Source of the DNA: Syncephalis fuscata S228
Taxonomy: Eukaryota > Fungi > Zoopagomycota
Assembly (NCBI GenBank): GCA_025786725.1
Contig: JAHLTZ010000003.1
Coordinates: 434,001-498,000, forward strand
Reading direction: 5' to 3'
Length of the DNA: 64,000 bases
Under the pieces are notes generated by a model. The model made no database searches and was not told the origin of the DNA. It was given only the letters and a program-made list of their open reading frames with translations. The position numbers were made by a program, and so were the translations under genes. This document shows, piece by piece, positions 12,445-25,405 of the stretch. Each line of letters begins with the position of its first letter. Position 1 is the stretch's first letter.

Positions 12445-13891
12445 ATGAAGCAATCTTTTATCTATTCGCTACTGTCCTTGCTTGTAGGCTCCAGCATGAT
12501 CTACGTCTGCGAGGCTCAAAATTGTGGTCCTCTTCAAGTGCGTCAAGATATTCATGATCTTACCGATACCCAACGCAATGCATACTTCAGGGCCATCACT
12601 ACACTACAGTCAGGGTCCCGACCAACCCGATATGACAAGCTATCTCAAATGCACTATGACGCCAGAAATACAGCCCATGGTTGGTCATGGTTCTTCCCTT
12701 GGCATCGAGCTTATTTGCTTGAATTCCAGAGACAATTACGAACTGTTGATTCTAGCATTGTCATTCCATACTGGGACTGGTCGGTCAACTCCCAAGCACC
12801 CGAACAAGCATCCGTTTGGCGCTCTGACTGGTACGGTGGCAACGGCCGATCAGAAGATAAATGTGTTGTAAATGGCCAATTCCGTAACTATAAGCCAATG
12901 TATCCACAGTCTCATTGCCTGCAACGATCATGGGATAGTGATACCAGAATATCTGCATTCTACTCTCCACAAGCACTTAGCTCGCTCATTGCTACAAGTA
13001 CCACTTTTGATCAATTCAGACAACGGTTAGAGTCAGTACCACATGGACAAGTACACGTTGCCATCGGTATGGATATGTCGACAATGTACAGTTCTAATGA
13101 GTAAGTCGACTAAATATACAAATTGTATTTTATTAATCTGGCTACTATGACAACATTAGTCCTCTTTTTTTCCTTCATCACGGATTTATCGACAAGCTAT
13201 GGGCCGACTGGCAAGCCAGCGCGCCGGGCCGCGATACCGCCTATGGAGGAAGAAACGCAGGCGGAAGCGCTGCCACAGTGAACGATATTCTAACGCCGTT
13301 CAATATTCCTGTTAGAAATGTGCTTAAGACACGGGATCTATGTTATGTCTATGCTCCACGTAGAACTGCGAGCAGAAGCATGATACAGTCAAATGCCAAT
13401 AATGCAGTTAGCATTGAAAATACCGCTGCAAATAGCAACACTACAATAACAGGGCTACTTCAGATGCCGTTGCCAAAAATACCACTGTTGTTGCTGTTCC
13501 TTCAACTGCCTCAGTCCTCCCAGCACCTGACGATCGAACGGAACTTGTAGCGCTTCGCTCAACTAAGCCTGTCCCCGAATCATGGCTACGGGCCAATAAC
13601 CATGACGTCGGCCAGGCACGTGCCACCGAATCGGACTTGCTCCAGACGACAAAGAAATTTAACGAAAACTCCAACGAGATTTCATCTGCTGCTCTTATCA
13701 ACCAAGAAGATGTACTAAAGTCCTTGGCGTCATCTGCAAAACAATTTACTATCACCAATGCTCGCAAGCGAGTTAACATTAATCTTAAAAATAGTGAAAG
13801 CTTGGTCGACGCCATAAAGAAAGCGGCCAGCTCTGTCATGCGCGTGTTAAGCAACGCGCACATTAGCAATCCGTTTCAAGTAGCATACTAA
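12445..13891 (+). CDS. Secreted tyrosinase-like protein (TYR6); exons 12445-13100, 13160-13891; frameshift near 13440-13500
   Basis: Signal peptide. CuA HYDARNTAHGWSWFFPWH, CuB LESVPHGQVH..DPLFFLHHGFID. The C-terminal module (DDRTELVALRSTKPVPESWL..) lies in a shifted frame. Confidence 0.88.
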
Positions 13892-14876
13892 ACAACTTGT
13901 CGTTTTAACTATGTTAGTGTAAATAGTATTTTGTTTCAGAATAAAATGATCGACTCTATGTTTAAACTGTTTTTTTAAATGAAATAAACACTATCAAAAT
14001 AATGCTTAATATTTTAAATTTCATGGCAGACAGTGATAAACCGTGCGTGCAACGCTATGCTATATAATGCGACAAGATTGAAAAGAAAGCTAAGACACCA
14101 AGTGTACTGTTAAAGTAGCACGGCTTGCCTCAATGATGTGTAGTTGCATTTGAAGATTGGCCCATAATAAAGAGATAGACATGATCATTTAATGAGGTGC
14201 TTATGCAGGAGAGATTTACACAAGCTGTCTTGTAGCATTGCTAAATCACCCCGTTTTGTTGATCCAAAGCCTCCTTGCACTCAAACAAATAAAGACATTG
14301 CTATCTTTTTATTTACTTATTTAGCTAATGTGCTAATGATGTACCGGGAATGCATGCCGTCATAATACATTCCCGTATTTATAAACCATTGTTTATTATT
14401 GTGTTTTTTTTAAATTAATAACATTCCCCAATCCGTTCTAACTATAGCTTTCTCACCTTGACTTGCTGTGAACTTGGTAAGCTATTCTTGTCATAGTAGC
14501 ATCATCGGGCGTGGTTGTTAGGGTGCATCAGTCATACAACAGCCGCCACGCCTTGTCAGGCGCGCGATACTATGGGCGGCCAACTAGATAAATGGCCAGC
14601 TTTTGTGAAATATTACTGAGAATATAGTATACAATCTCGTTTACTGTTCATTCGATTGTTTTATTGATTGTTGTCGCTGGCGCCAACATTATTTGCCTAA
14701 AGATAAATCAGCGGCCATTGCAACCTTAAAACTAGCCAATACTGACGTGTTTCTTATTGTAGGCTTATTGGATAGTAGCAGCAACAGCAGTAATAATAAT
14801 AGGCCTTATTTGTTACACTTGAACAAAAATTGACTTTCATAAGTTTGCCGTGTACTAGCGTTTACATCTAACAAAA

Positions 14877-16551
14877 ATGTTTCACACAAAACGACTATTC
14901 AAGCTTGGCCTACTTTCGATAACCGTTTTGCTTTTGTGCAGCGGTATAATCAGATCTACAAATGCGCAATATCGTGGTTGTAATAAAATAGCTAAAAGAA
15001 GAGAAATTCGTACATTGTCCAGTCGAGAAAGACAAACGTATTTTAATGCCATCAAGCTTATGCAATCAGGCCCATCGCCAACCTTTTACGATAGGTAAGT
15101 AATAAAACTAAAATTAACTGCAGCCACTTTAATTAATATTATTTAATATTTAGTTATACCATTCGACATTTTAATCCATCTAATTTTACTCATGGATTTC
15201 CACAGTTTCTTCCTTGGCATCGAGCATTTATACTCGACTTTGAAAACCAGTTAAAAAGAATTGACGAATCACTTACTATTCCTTATTGGGTCAGTACGCA
15301 CATAGTATATAAAAAACGACTAATACTTTAAAATTTATAGGATTGGTCCTACGATTCACAAGCACCTGAACTAGCGCCTATCTGGCGATCCGATTGGTAT
15401 GGCGGCAATGGCAGAGATAGCGATAGTTGTGTTGTCAATGGCCAATTTGCCAACTGGCATCCATTCTACCCGGAGCCGCACTGTCTGCGTCGACGATGGG
15501 ACAATAACGATACTATATCCGCCTACTATTCCCCAGAAATGATTCAATCAATTAAAAACAATGCACATGTGTTTGATGAGTTTCGACAGCAGCTTGAGGC
15601 GCCTCCACACAACCAAGTCCATGTTTCAATCGGTGGTGATATGCCGACACTATACAGTCCTAATGAGTAAGCAATTAATACAATACGTCTTTAATAGCTA
15701 ATATCTCTTTTATTTATTTGCTGTCTAGTCCTATTTTCTGGAGCCATCACGCGTTCGTTGATAAGCTCTGGGCAGAATGGCAGGAAATGGCACAGCCCAA
15801 CGTTATGTCGTACAACGGCATCAATGGAGACGGCACACAAGCAAAGCTTTCCGACCAACTTCTACAATTGAACTACAGTGTTGCGGATGTAATGGTTCGA
15901 GAAAAGCTTTGCTATGAATATGTTCCGGCACCATGGGAGGCAAACTTTCCAGGCAAATCAAAGGGCCGTGGTAATAATAATGGAACACCACATGCTCGAC
16001 GCGACATCGACAATAGCACGGATAGCGCAGCAAGTTCTGGATACACCTTTACGCAGACGAACATTGGCGACAATGATGGCACTCCCAACGCAAATGATCG
16101 TCACGAGCTTTTGCAACTTCGCGTCCCAAATAGCCTACCGGAGGCATCAATTCTTCGTAGTCATATGAAGGTCGAGGACGTACGTAGAGCAGAAGAAATT
16201 CACCGCCAGACGATATATGAGCTGAACAAACTCTCGAATTACATTTCGCCCGCTGCACTTATCAACCGACCAGAATTTATGGAAAGTTTGACCGGCCGCG
16301 TCGACAGATTCACCGCAACTGATGATAAGCAGCAATTGCAGATCCACTTGCCAAATAAAACGCCATTATCGCAAAAGGATATTGGCGATCTTGTCAGGCG
16401 GATTTATAGCCGTGGCTCAAATCAAAGCGTTTCGCAAAAGGCCGACGCGGATATTGAAACTACTAGCACTGCATCAAGCGACATTGATAAGATTATTGGC
16501 ACGGGCACATGGGAGCGTATCTGGTCAACGATATCTGCCAAAAAATCCTAA
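14877..16551 (+). CDS. Secreted tyrosinase-like protein (TYR7); exons 14877-15094, 15154-15289, 15341-15666, 15729-16551
   Basis: Signal peptide. CuA HFNPSNFTHGFPQFLPWH, CuB LEAPPHNQVH..DPIFWSHHAFVD, LCYEY, ARRD site, C-terminal module. Confidence 0.92.
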
Positions 16552-16729
16552 TGTCAAAGCAATGGTTTAATATTAAAGCCTAAACAGCCATAAATCCAAA
16601 GGCTTGTTAGCACTATAGGAAAAGCAAACTGATATTTTAGCAACATGTTTGCATGCGTATCAGTTTTTGAATTTTAATGAAATATTTGGTTAAAAAACAA
16701 TAATAAATATTAGTATTAGTAAACTATTA

Positions 16730-17010
16730 ATGCTGAACATGTTCTATAATGATGAGTGTTTTTTGGGCGTGAATGACTTTTATTCTTTTAATTGATCTTT
16801 TAATATACTGAATATATGTTCTATGATAATGAGTGTTTTTTGAGTGTAAATAACTTTTTATTATATTTAATTGATCTTTTAATATACTGAATATATGTTC
16901 TATGATAATGAGTAGTTTTGGTGTCAAATGACTTTTATTCTTAATGCATTTATTCATTTACTATTATTCTGTTCTATGATGTACCAACATGTTGGGTAGA
17001 TTGACTTTTA
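16730..17010. repeat. Degenerate AT-rich tandem repeat, ~74-79 bp unit, 3-4 copies
   Basis: gttctat(a/g)at recurs at 16741, 16818, 16897 and 16971; ttaattgatcttttaatatactgaatatatgttctatgataatgagt is duplicated exactly. Confidence 0.8.
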
Positions 17011-18622
17011 TTATTTACACTCCCTTGTTAATAAATTAAACTCGGCTGTTTATAAATATTGACTGACAGGCTCACATCTCACAATCTACGTCACTACATT
17101 TCTCTTTCTCTTTCTTTACACTTGACAGCATATATCCATAGCATATATTTGTACACTCCATATATACCATCTAAATAATGTCAGTAGTTATTTGACTACT
17201 AGTTAGATACACACACCTTCTACACTATGTGCTTGCATTGCTCTTTTGTAATCTGACCTTTTTTACAAATCACTTTGATTGCTCTGATCGTTGCTTTTGG
17301 CAGCTTTATTGATACGGTAAGTGCATTCCTGGCTTGTTTTATGTTATTTTGAGCATGTGCTATGTTTTGCTATAGATTGCCATTACAGGTCATCTCGCAA
17401 CAACATGTGCAATCTTGATAGTGGCAGTGCGATTTGCTGCTTTGAGATTATACACGCTGCTGTTAGTACGATCTGCAGTGGCGATCTATAGCAAACTAAA
17501 ATATACAATGTATTTGGTAGGATATATTCAGCATAATCATCGTACACAGCTGTTATGTGCGTATAGCTACCGACACGATGACTGCGATGGTTATACACGC
17601 TTTATCTCTTTGTCAATTACTTTCTTCTTTTTCATTTCTCACTTTTACTATTTAAACAAATTCATTCATCAGTACTTGTTTTTTTGCGTGTGACCAGTGG
17701 TGGCTGTACAAAGCTGAACTGGTCTTTTCATCACTACGTTGTGTGTCCCGTTTAAGTACTATAACCAGCATTAATGTTTGCAGCTGATCGTTGATCGAGC
17801 AGTCTACAATTATATATTCTACTAATCTAAATTATAAATACACTTTCCAAAATTAATAAATAAATTTTATTACAATTTTTATATTTAATATGTTTTCTAA
17901 AAGTACAAATAATATAATGTAAACGGAAGTAACCAAGTCTATCAACAACCCTTTAACATCAGCATAGACAGCCATCGTAGCATTGCTGTTGTTGTCTGTT
18001 GTTACGCGTGGCTGGAACTAGCACATATAAGCATTTATCCAATTGCCGCTTTTACGGCTGTTTAATGCACAGGTTTAAATGTAAAATATTTATTTATATT
18101 ATTGTTTATATTCATTTGTTGTTTTTGTTTTAAAATAAATTATAAAATTTATTATTAGTAGCAGTAGCTATATGAATATTGCTTAATCATCATTAAATCT
18201 ACTAATAATACAATAGAGTGCTAATGATAACTTTACTATTACTACTTCAGGGGTATTGAAAGCCCCAGTCTTTGTTCTCATTGAATAACATTCATGTATC
18301 AACATCGCTCTCCTTTAATTGTAAACAACGATTATACAATCTTTGAAGACTAGCAGTATACAAGTTGCCAAGACAACTGTACAGGGCGTCAACTAACGGC
18401 TACTTTTCGTCATTGGATCTTGGGCTACAAGAGCATTTCCCCTTGCATCCATGGAATTTAATATTTGTGTTGGATATATAAAGCGTATTTTACCATCGAT
18501 TATTGACGCTGAATGTAGTTACTTATTGCTAAAGCCTTTAACTGCAATTTTGTACAGAAATCATATTATTTTATAATTAGGACTAGATTAAGTAGTACAT
18601 AATACCGATTATTTTGATTCAA

Positions 18623-20259
18623 ATGAAAAATATTTTATCTTTTGCAGCGATAGTGGCCGTCATTATTGGTGTATTAAATGATAAAACATCAATTAAGGCG
18701 GTGGATGCACAAGCGTGTGGTCGGTTACGCCCACGGCGTGAATTTCGCATGCTATCACAACAGGAGCGTACAAATTTTATCAACGCCATTCGTCAGTTAC
18801 AATCGGGACCGGCACCGACACGATACGATCAGTAGGTGTTTGATATTGTGATTCGTGTCCACTAACTTGATCTTTCTTTGCATTTTCTCGCAGATATGTA
18901 AGCACTCATTGGAATGCACGAGAAAATACGCACGGCTATGCGCAGTTTTTCCCGTGGCATCGCTATTTTTTACGCGAATTTGAAAAAGAGTTACAGCGCA
19001 TCAATTCCAGTATTATGATTCCTTATTGGGACTGGACGTTCGACTCACAGTCGCCCGAGCTTTCTCCCATCTTTTCCGATTCGTTTATGGGCGGTAATGG
19101 ATGGGGTGGCTGCGTACGTTCTGGCCCGTTCGCCAATTGGTTTCCGTCGTTTCCGACCCGCAAGTGTCTTAGTCGTGTCTTTGATCGTGATGGTCGGCTA
19201 AGTGCCTTTGCTTCACCTGAGCAAATTATGGCCATTATGAGAACGGCCGACACCTACCATGATATGCGGATCTGGACAGAGACTCCGCCTCATGGCATTA
19301 TTCACTCAAGTATTGGCGGAGATATGGAAACGATGTATAGCCCGAATGACCCAATATTTTGGCTTCATCATGCGTTTATTGATAAGCTATGGGATAATTG
19401 GCAACGATTGGGCAATAATAGAAATTTCTGGCTTTATGACGATATTAACAACGATGGAAGTGCATCGATGCTGGTCGATCCGCTTTGGCCGTTTAACGTG
19501 CAGGTTCGAGATGTTATGGATTCGCAGCGGTTCTGTTACTATTATGAGCCATTCCTGCCAAACCGTGCCCCTATGGCATTTAATACCGACACGGCCAACG
19601 TTAGTTGGGACATGACAATGCGCGATTCGGCCGCACTAGACTGGCAACATACAACCGAGATGCTATTTGCCGTTAATACGACAACGACAACGACAAACAA
19701 AGCAATAACACCTATGCTTACCGTGCCTGACGATGACCGTTCCGAGCTTGTAGCGATACGTGCTTCAAAGCCACTTCCAGAATCATGGCTAAAGATGAAT
19801 CATTATAATGTCACGCAAGTGCGTATTATGGAAGAGAAGCTGCGCCGTGTTGTTGATCGCGTTAATCGTCTAAACCATTATGTGTCGCCGGCTGCACTTG
19901 CTCGTCATGATAACGCACTAAGCGCTATTGCACACAGACTGACAAAATCACCAGTACTTGTTGGAGCACTAACGGCAACAGTAGGCGGTAAATTGAAGCA
20001 TATTATGACCGAATTACCTCAACAAGCAACTGTTGCTAGTGATAGTGTACAGCAGAACTTGCCAGATCAGCATCGCAATAATAATCACCGCCATAAGGAT
20101 ACTGGTCACTCGAGTCGGGCTTTATCCCCCTCGAATATTATTTCAATTATTCGCGAACGCGTCGAAGCAATTACAGGTACTGAGCTTTCAAGTGGTCTTG
20201 TTCCAATTACGGACGAGCTACAAACAGCCGCACGCCTAGATGGTAGAAAACAGCATTAA
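18623..20259 (+). CDS. Secreted tyrosinase-like protein (TYR8); exons 18623-18831, 18894-20259
   Basis: Signal peptide. CuA HWNARENTHGYAQFFPWH, CuB TETPPHGIIH..DPIFWLHHAFID, FCYYY, C-terminal module. Confidence 0.93.
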
Positions 20260-21941
20260 ATGAACACAAATAAATATTGATTGATTTAGTAGGATGTGCA
20301 CAGCCGAGCGTTCCTAAGTGTTGGTATGGCAAAGGCTATCCAAAGTGCTAGGCTTTTCTTTTTACTTTGTAAATACCGATAAATTACTATTTTTGTTTTT
20401 GAGCAAATATCCGACAAATTGGCATTGTTGTTATTTTTATCATGGCCATATTAGGGTATTGTATTCACGCTTCTTTAGAATGGCAAACGAAGCACATGCA
20501 GCAAACAGGCCCATGATTGATGCACATGGTTTAAAAGTACAAAACTTCAAGCAGCAATGATGATAAAAGTGGAATAAAGGCTATGTTTTATTTACACAAG
20601 CACGCAAGGATAAGACAAGTAATTACACGGAGATATCCCAATTACACCAAACAGTAGTAACATAGACAATAGCCACCTGAAACAAATACTCGTTAAAGTC
20701 TCGACCATCGTGTTGACCTATTTGTTTATAGATGATGCGTGATTTATATTTAGACAGCAAGTCGTTATCTATTATGACTTTGAACAAAGCGGCATTAAAG
20801 CGATATTTAAAAAATCCAATGAAATGAGCCAAATTCCCAGCAACGGCAAAAAATAGAATCCAATAAGAATAAGGCAGGGATTTGTTTAAGCCAACGCCGC
20901 CAGCCAATGATGTTACGCTTGCCTTTTTAAGATGTTTGAGATTCTGTGCATTAATGCGGATTAGTAAAATTCCCTGCCATTTTCGGTGAAGGTATTGCAG
21001 CCCATCGTTACTTGACCATACGCTAATAACGATGGCTATTTTGGTTGGCCTTATCCATGCCTGTTTCACAGATACATACATACGTACATAGAGGCGGCAC
21101 TGATAGTGAATAGGTGAAAATGTCGAAACAAAAGCTCATGCTAATGCTATCCAAACTGTACGCAAGGCACATCTTGTCAGTGAAGCAGAGGAGCGGAAAA
21201 GCCAGAACTGTTTTCCACCAATCGTCTCAGCCATGATCTTATGCATGACGAAAAATCTGTACAACGTATTTCCCGCACATACTACCTAGTGGGTAATTGT
21301 ATGTCCTGTACTATTCTTGGATCTTCCAAGTTTGTATCCACCTACTTCCTAATTTATCTTTGTATCGCTCCGTCCCTGAAGCTAATAGCCACTCCGCAGC
21401 CCGGCATGCATCCATGATTGGCCTGGCCATTGTGAGTTAAATTACCCAAGAGAAAAAGGCCGAGGTACTACCGTTTCTCTATCTTTGTTCTAACAACAAT
21501 TCTGTCTCACTTTTCAAGTTCCCAGACTCAAGTATAAAGCAATAAAGCACTACGAATCTTTGACAGATTGGTTGCTTCTTTGCTTGCATTTTTCACTATC
21601 CATCTCTCGGCTGTCGCTTACATTTGTGCATCAAGCCACAATTCGCGCACTTTATCGCCATTGCTATAGGTACACACACACAGATTACATATCTATCACT
21701 CAAACTTCGTTTTTTGCACAGCTATTTTATTGCTGTTTTTCTTTAAACTCTTTACACTAACGCTGTCGACACTATCTCATTGCTCGTTGGCCTACTTATT
21801 ACTTTCTACCTAATATTTTTGAACTCCAGTGGATTTCAAAAGCACACCTACACATTTATCCAATACGGTATTGATGTGCCGTATTTCTTGAACTTGCTAC
21901 AATATCTGCTCTACAACTGTGATTAATCACTGTTAAACATC

Positions 21942-24059
21942 ATGCGATTGACTTCAACTATCCTTATTGCTGCAGCTTTGCTGTTGGCTGCCACCAACGT
22001 TCAGGCTGATACATGCAGCTCGATTCGCCAACGTCGTGAATTCCGTACTCTATCGGATGCTGAGCGCCAAGCTTACATCTCGGCCATTAAGACACTACAA
22101 AACTCTCAAAATCGCTCAAAATATGATGCGTATGTCCAACGTCACGTAGATGTCACAGCTTATGCACACGGTAACTCCCGTTTTCTTTCATGGCATCGTG
22201 CCTACATTCGTGCCTTTGAAAAAGATCTTCAAAGCATCAATAGTTCTGTGATGCTTCCTTATTGGGACTGGGCCTACGATTCGCAGGCTCCAGAAAAATC
22301 GATTGTTCTTTCGAGCCAGTACTATGGCGGTAACGGTGATAGCAAAAAAAGTTGGTGTGTTCCCGATGGCCAGTTTGCTAGCTGGAAGCCAAAAAATAAC
22401 TACAACTGCATCGTTCGTTCATACAACAACGGCCAAGGCTCTCACATTCCTGCCTTCTGGGGCTGGGAACCTATTCGCTCGGCTGTATTTTCTGCCACTA
22501 GTTACGATCAATTCCGTAAATCGCTTGAAGGTCCGCACGGTAACGTACACAACAACATTGGCGGCCAATTTTCGTCTATGCGCAGTCCGGATGATCCTCT
22601 CTTCTGGTTGCACCACGCATTTGTTGACAAATTGTGGTCTGACTGGCAAAATCTAAAAGCAGCCAATTTCCGCAGCTACGGTGGTCAAAACGGCGATGGT
22701 AGCACTGCTCGTGCCACCGATAACCTTGATTATGGCTACACTGTGAACGATTTGTTTGATACGCGCAATCTCTGCTACACCTACGCTCCATTCGATGGCA
22801 CTGTTCCGCCTGTCGTCACTCCACCATCGACCACGCCACCACCATCGACCTCGACTTCGACATCGACATCGTCCAGCTCGCCATCAGCCACTGGATCGTC
22901 TTCATCAAGTGCCACGTCTACTTCGAGCGGCTCTCCATCAGCCACTGGATCGTCTTCGTCAAGTGCCACGTCTACTTCAAGCGGCTCTTCATCAGCCACT
23001 GGATCGTCTTCATCAAGTGCCACGTCTACTTCAAGCGGCTCTCCATCAGCCACTGGATCGTCAAGCTCTTCGGCTACTAGCACATCGAACTCAAATGGAT
23101 CAACCTCCACTAGCACGTCGACTTCTACAAGCACGTCGACCTCTACTAGCACGTCAAACTCGAATGGATCATCAAGCGCTACTAGCACCTCAACCTCCAC
23201 TAGCACGTCGACTTCAAGTGGTTCGGCCAGCAGCACTGCTACCAGCACTCCAACACCAACTTACACAACGGTTATTCCGCCATACACCAACGGTACCATT
23301 CCTAACGGCGGTACTTACGTGAATGTTACCGTTCCTGGTGTCAATTCGACCACAGTCACCAACTCTACCTATGGTCCAGACTACGATGATCGTACCAACA
23401 TTATCAATATCCGTCAGCCACGTCCATTGCCTGAATCCTGGTGCCAAATGAATCACTTGAACGTTGATGACGTTCGTCAAGTTGAAAACAATGCTGCCAA
23501 GGCTATCGACCAATTCAATCACTTGCCAGGTTACATTTCGGACAGTGCTTTGGTCAATCACCCTGACGTTCTTAAGGATTTGGCCAAGGAAGGCGCCAAG
23601 TTCAATGGCTACGTTGGTAATCAGAAGATTCAGATCAACTACGACTCTCAGAATCCAGACGCTGCTGTTCAGGATGTCCGTTCCAAGGTCGTGAATGTAG
23701 TCCAACAAGTCTACAAGCAGGTCAGCTTTGTTTATCCACAGGTCGTGCAGAACATTATCAACGCTGTTGATGTGTTCAATGGCGGCAAAAACTCACTTCC
23801 AATCTATTCTGGTAACAACAACCAGACTGCCGGCAATGAAAACTATGGCGACGAAGACTGCGAAGAGCCAGCTGAGGAGGATTGTGATGATGAGCCAGCC
23901 GATGAGGACTGTGATGAGGATAACGCTAATGCTCAAGTGCCAGCTCCAGCTCCAGCTGTCGTCACTGAGCCATGTGACGAAGATGGCCAAGTACCAGCTC
24001 CAGCTGTTGTTCCATGCGATGATGCTAACAACACCACCACCACCACTCCTACTTACTAA
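21942..24059 (+). CDS. Intronless secreted tyrosinase-like protein with Ser/Thr-rich linker and acidic Cys-containing tail (TYR9)
   Basis: 705-aa ORF with signal peptide. CuA HVDVTAYAHGNSRFLSWH, CuB LEGPHGNVH..DPLFWLHHAFVD, mucin-like linker, C-terminal module, EDCEE/EDCDD tail. Confidence 0.95.
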   Translation: MRLTSTILIAAALLLAATNVQADTCSSIRQRREFRTLSDAERQAYISAIKTLQNSQNRSKYDAYVQRHVDVTAYAHGNSRFLSWHRAYIRAFEKDLQSINSSVMLPYWDWAYDSQAPEKSIVLSSQYYGGNGDSKKSWCVPDGQFASWKPKNNYNCIVRSYNNGQGSHIPAFWGWEPIRSAVFSATSYDQFRKSLEGPHGNVHNNIGGQFSSMRSPDDPLFWLHHAFVDKLWSDWQNLKAANFRSYGGQNGDGSTARATDNLDYGYTVNDLFDTRNLCYTYAPFDGTVPPVVTPPSTTPPPSTSTSTSTSSSSPSATGSSSSSATSTSSGSPSATGSSSSSATSTSSGSSSATGSSSSSATSTSSGSPSATGSSSSSATSTSNSNGSTSTSTSTSTSTSTSTSTSNSNGSSSATSTSTSTSTSTSSGSASSTATSTPTPTYTTVIPPYTNGTIPNGGTYVNVTVPGVNSTTVTNSTYGPDYDDRTNIINIRQPRPLPESWCQMNHLNVDDVRQVENNAAKAIDQFNHLPGYISDSALVNHPDVLKDLAKEGAKFNGYVGNQKIQINYDSQNPDAAVQDVRSKVVNVVQQVYKQVSFVYPQVVQNIINAVDVFNGGKNSLPIYSGNNNQTAGNENYGDEDCEEPAEEDCDDEPADEDCDEDNANAQVPAPAPAVVTEPCDEDGQVPAPAVVPCDDANNTTTTTPTY
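22881..23240 (+). repeat. Coding 54-bp repeat (PSATGSSSSSATSTSSGS) followed by (ST)n runs in TYR9
   Basis: Unit starts at 22881, 22935, 22989 and 23043. Confidence 0.9.
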
Positions 24060-24374
24060 TTCTCTCTTCATTTTTGTGTGATCACTAATCATCTTCATAG
24101 CGGCGCCAATACTATCCAGCACATACTTGCAGAGCAAGGCGTAGCTAGGCTGCTTTCCGCCACCATCAACTTTTAGTACATTTATATAAAAAGCAATTAT
24201 TATTGCATTGTCGTATACATTAAGTGCCAGTGATGTTTTATTTTAGCATGCATATAGTATAATGTAAAAGCATCTTTAAACACTAACATGTTGTAATTTA
24301 TTACATAAATAATATACGCTAGAATGATCACGAAAGCGGTAGCAGAACAAAGCACTTAATAACATTCGCGCAAC

Positions 24375-25300
24375 TGAACTGCACATTCAATCTATTGAAC
24401 ATGGGACAAGTGGTGAGTTTTATTTAATCATCACATTATCACACTTATTGTGATTGGTGGTCAAATGACTATATTTAATGGTATTTGTACATTTGAACTA
24501 CACATCCAATCTATTGAACATGATGATGGGCGGTGAGTGACGTCGATCATCAAAATACTCATCATCATAGATTCGTTATCCAGTATGCATATATTCAGTA
24601 CACATATATCCTCTATTCACCTATATCACTCCCATTCTGTCCCACACTACTGTGTATCATTCTATGATATACTAGACACATTTATTTTATATATTTTAAT
24701 AAACTTCACTCATTCCACTCATTACGCTATACACACTCTAACTTTAACCTCATTTTATATGCTCTCTTACTATACATTTATCATTCTACATATCACTCTA
24801 TACTCGTATAGCCATGCTCTATCCAAAACTACTTTTATTTTTGTTCTAGCACCACGGTTAGTAAATGTTGACTAATGTCGGTCATCTGCTCATGCATATA
24901 TGTTCAATAATTTTGACATAACTAATCGTCATTTCACTTTGTATATTCTTTGTATATATTATTTTATCATTTTATTATTTAATAACTATGCGCTATCCAT
25001 TGCAATTGTCCATTTAATTTTAGTTTTATTATTAATAAAAGTTTGCTTATTTTGTTCATTCACTCATTAAACTATATGTACTTAAAAACTATAATAGTAA
25101 AATGTATTCAGTGTAACATGTAATGATATATAGTAGTATAGACATATATTATTAACTATATAGGTGAATATTGGATATATATATACTGGATAATGAATCT
25201 ACAATGATGAGTATTTGATGATTGATGTCACTCACCACTCATCATCGTGTTCAATAATTGGATGTTATTAAATTTAGTCATTTTAATTACAAATCACACG
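24375..25300. mobile_element. Non-coding foldback/MITE-like element with long imperfect inverted repeats (~24449-24625 vs ~25158-25298)
   Basis: The reverse complement of 25158-25265 (acatccaattattgaacacgatgatgagtggtgagtgacatcaatcatcaaatactcatcattgtagattcattatccagtat..) aligns by eye to 24502-24625. The interior is AT-rich with no credible ORF. Target-site duplication not identified. Confidence 0.55.
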
Positions 25301-25405
25301 GAGTTATTGTTGATAAATACTTGAGATTATTGTAGTAGCCGTAACAGAAATAAATAATACAACCAACTGACAAAATTAATAACATATCATGATACTAAGT
25401 TTATT

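Noticed and set aside
16730-17010. Regularly spaced repeats considered as a CRISPR-like array
   Set aside because: Whole units are similar with no unique spacers, there are no cas genes, and the context is eukaryotic.
20623-21081. 152-aa minus-strand ORF between TYR8 and TYR9
   Set aside because: No recognisable motif or exon structure; it lies in the upstream region of TYR9 and is probably spurious.
22781-24137. Long antisense ORFs over TYR9
   Set aside because: A by-product of repeat content and codon bias in the sense gene.
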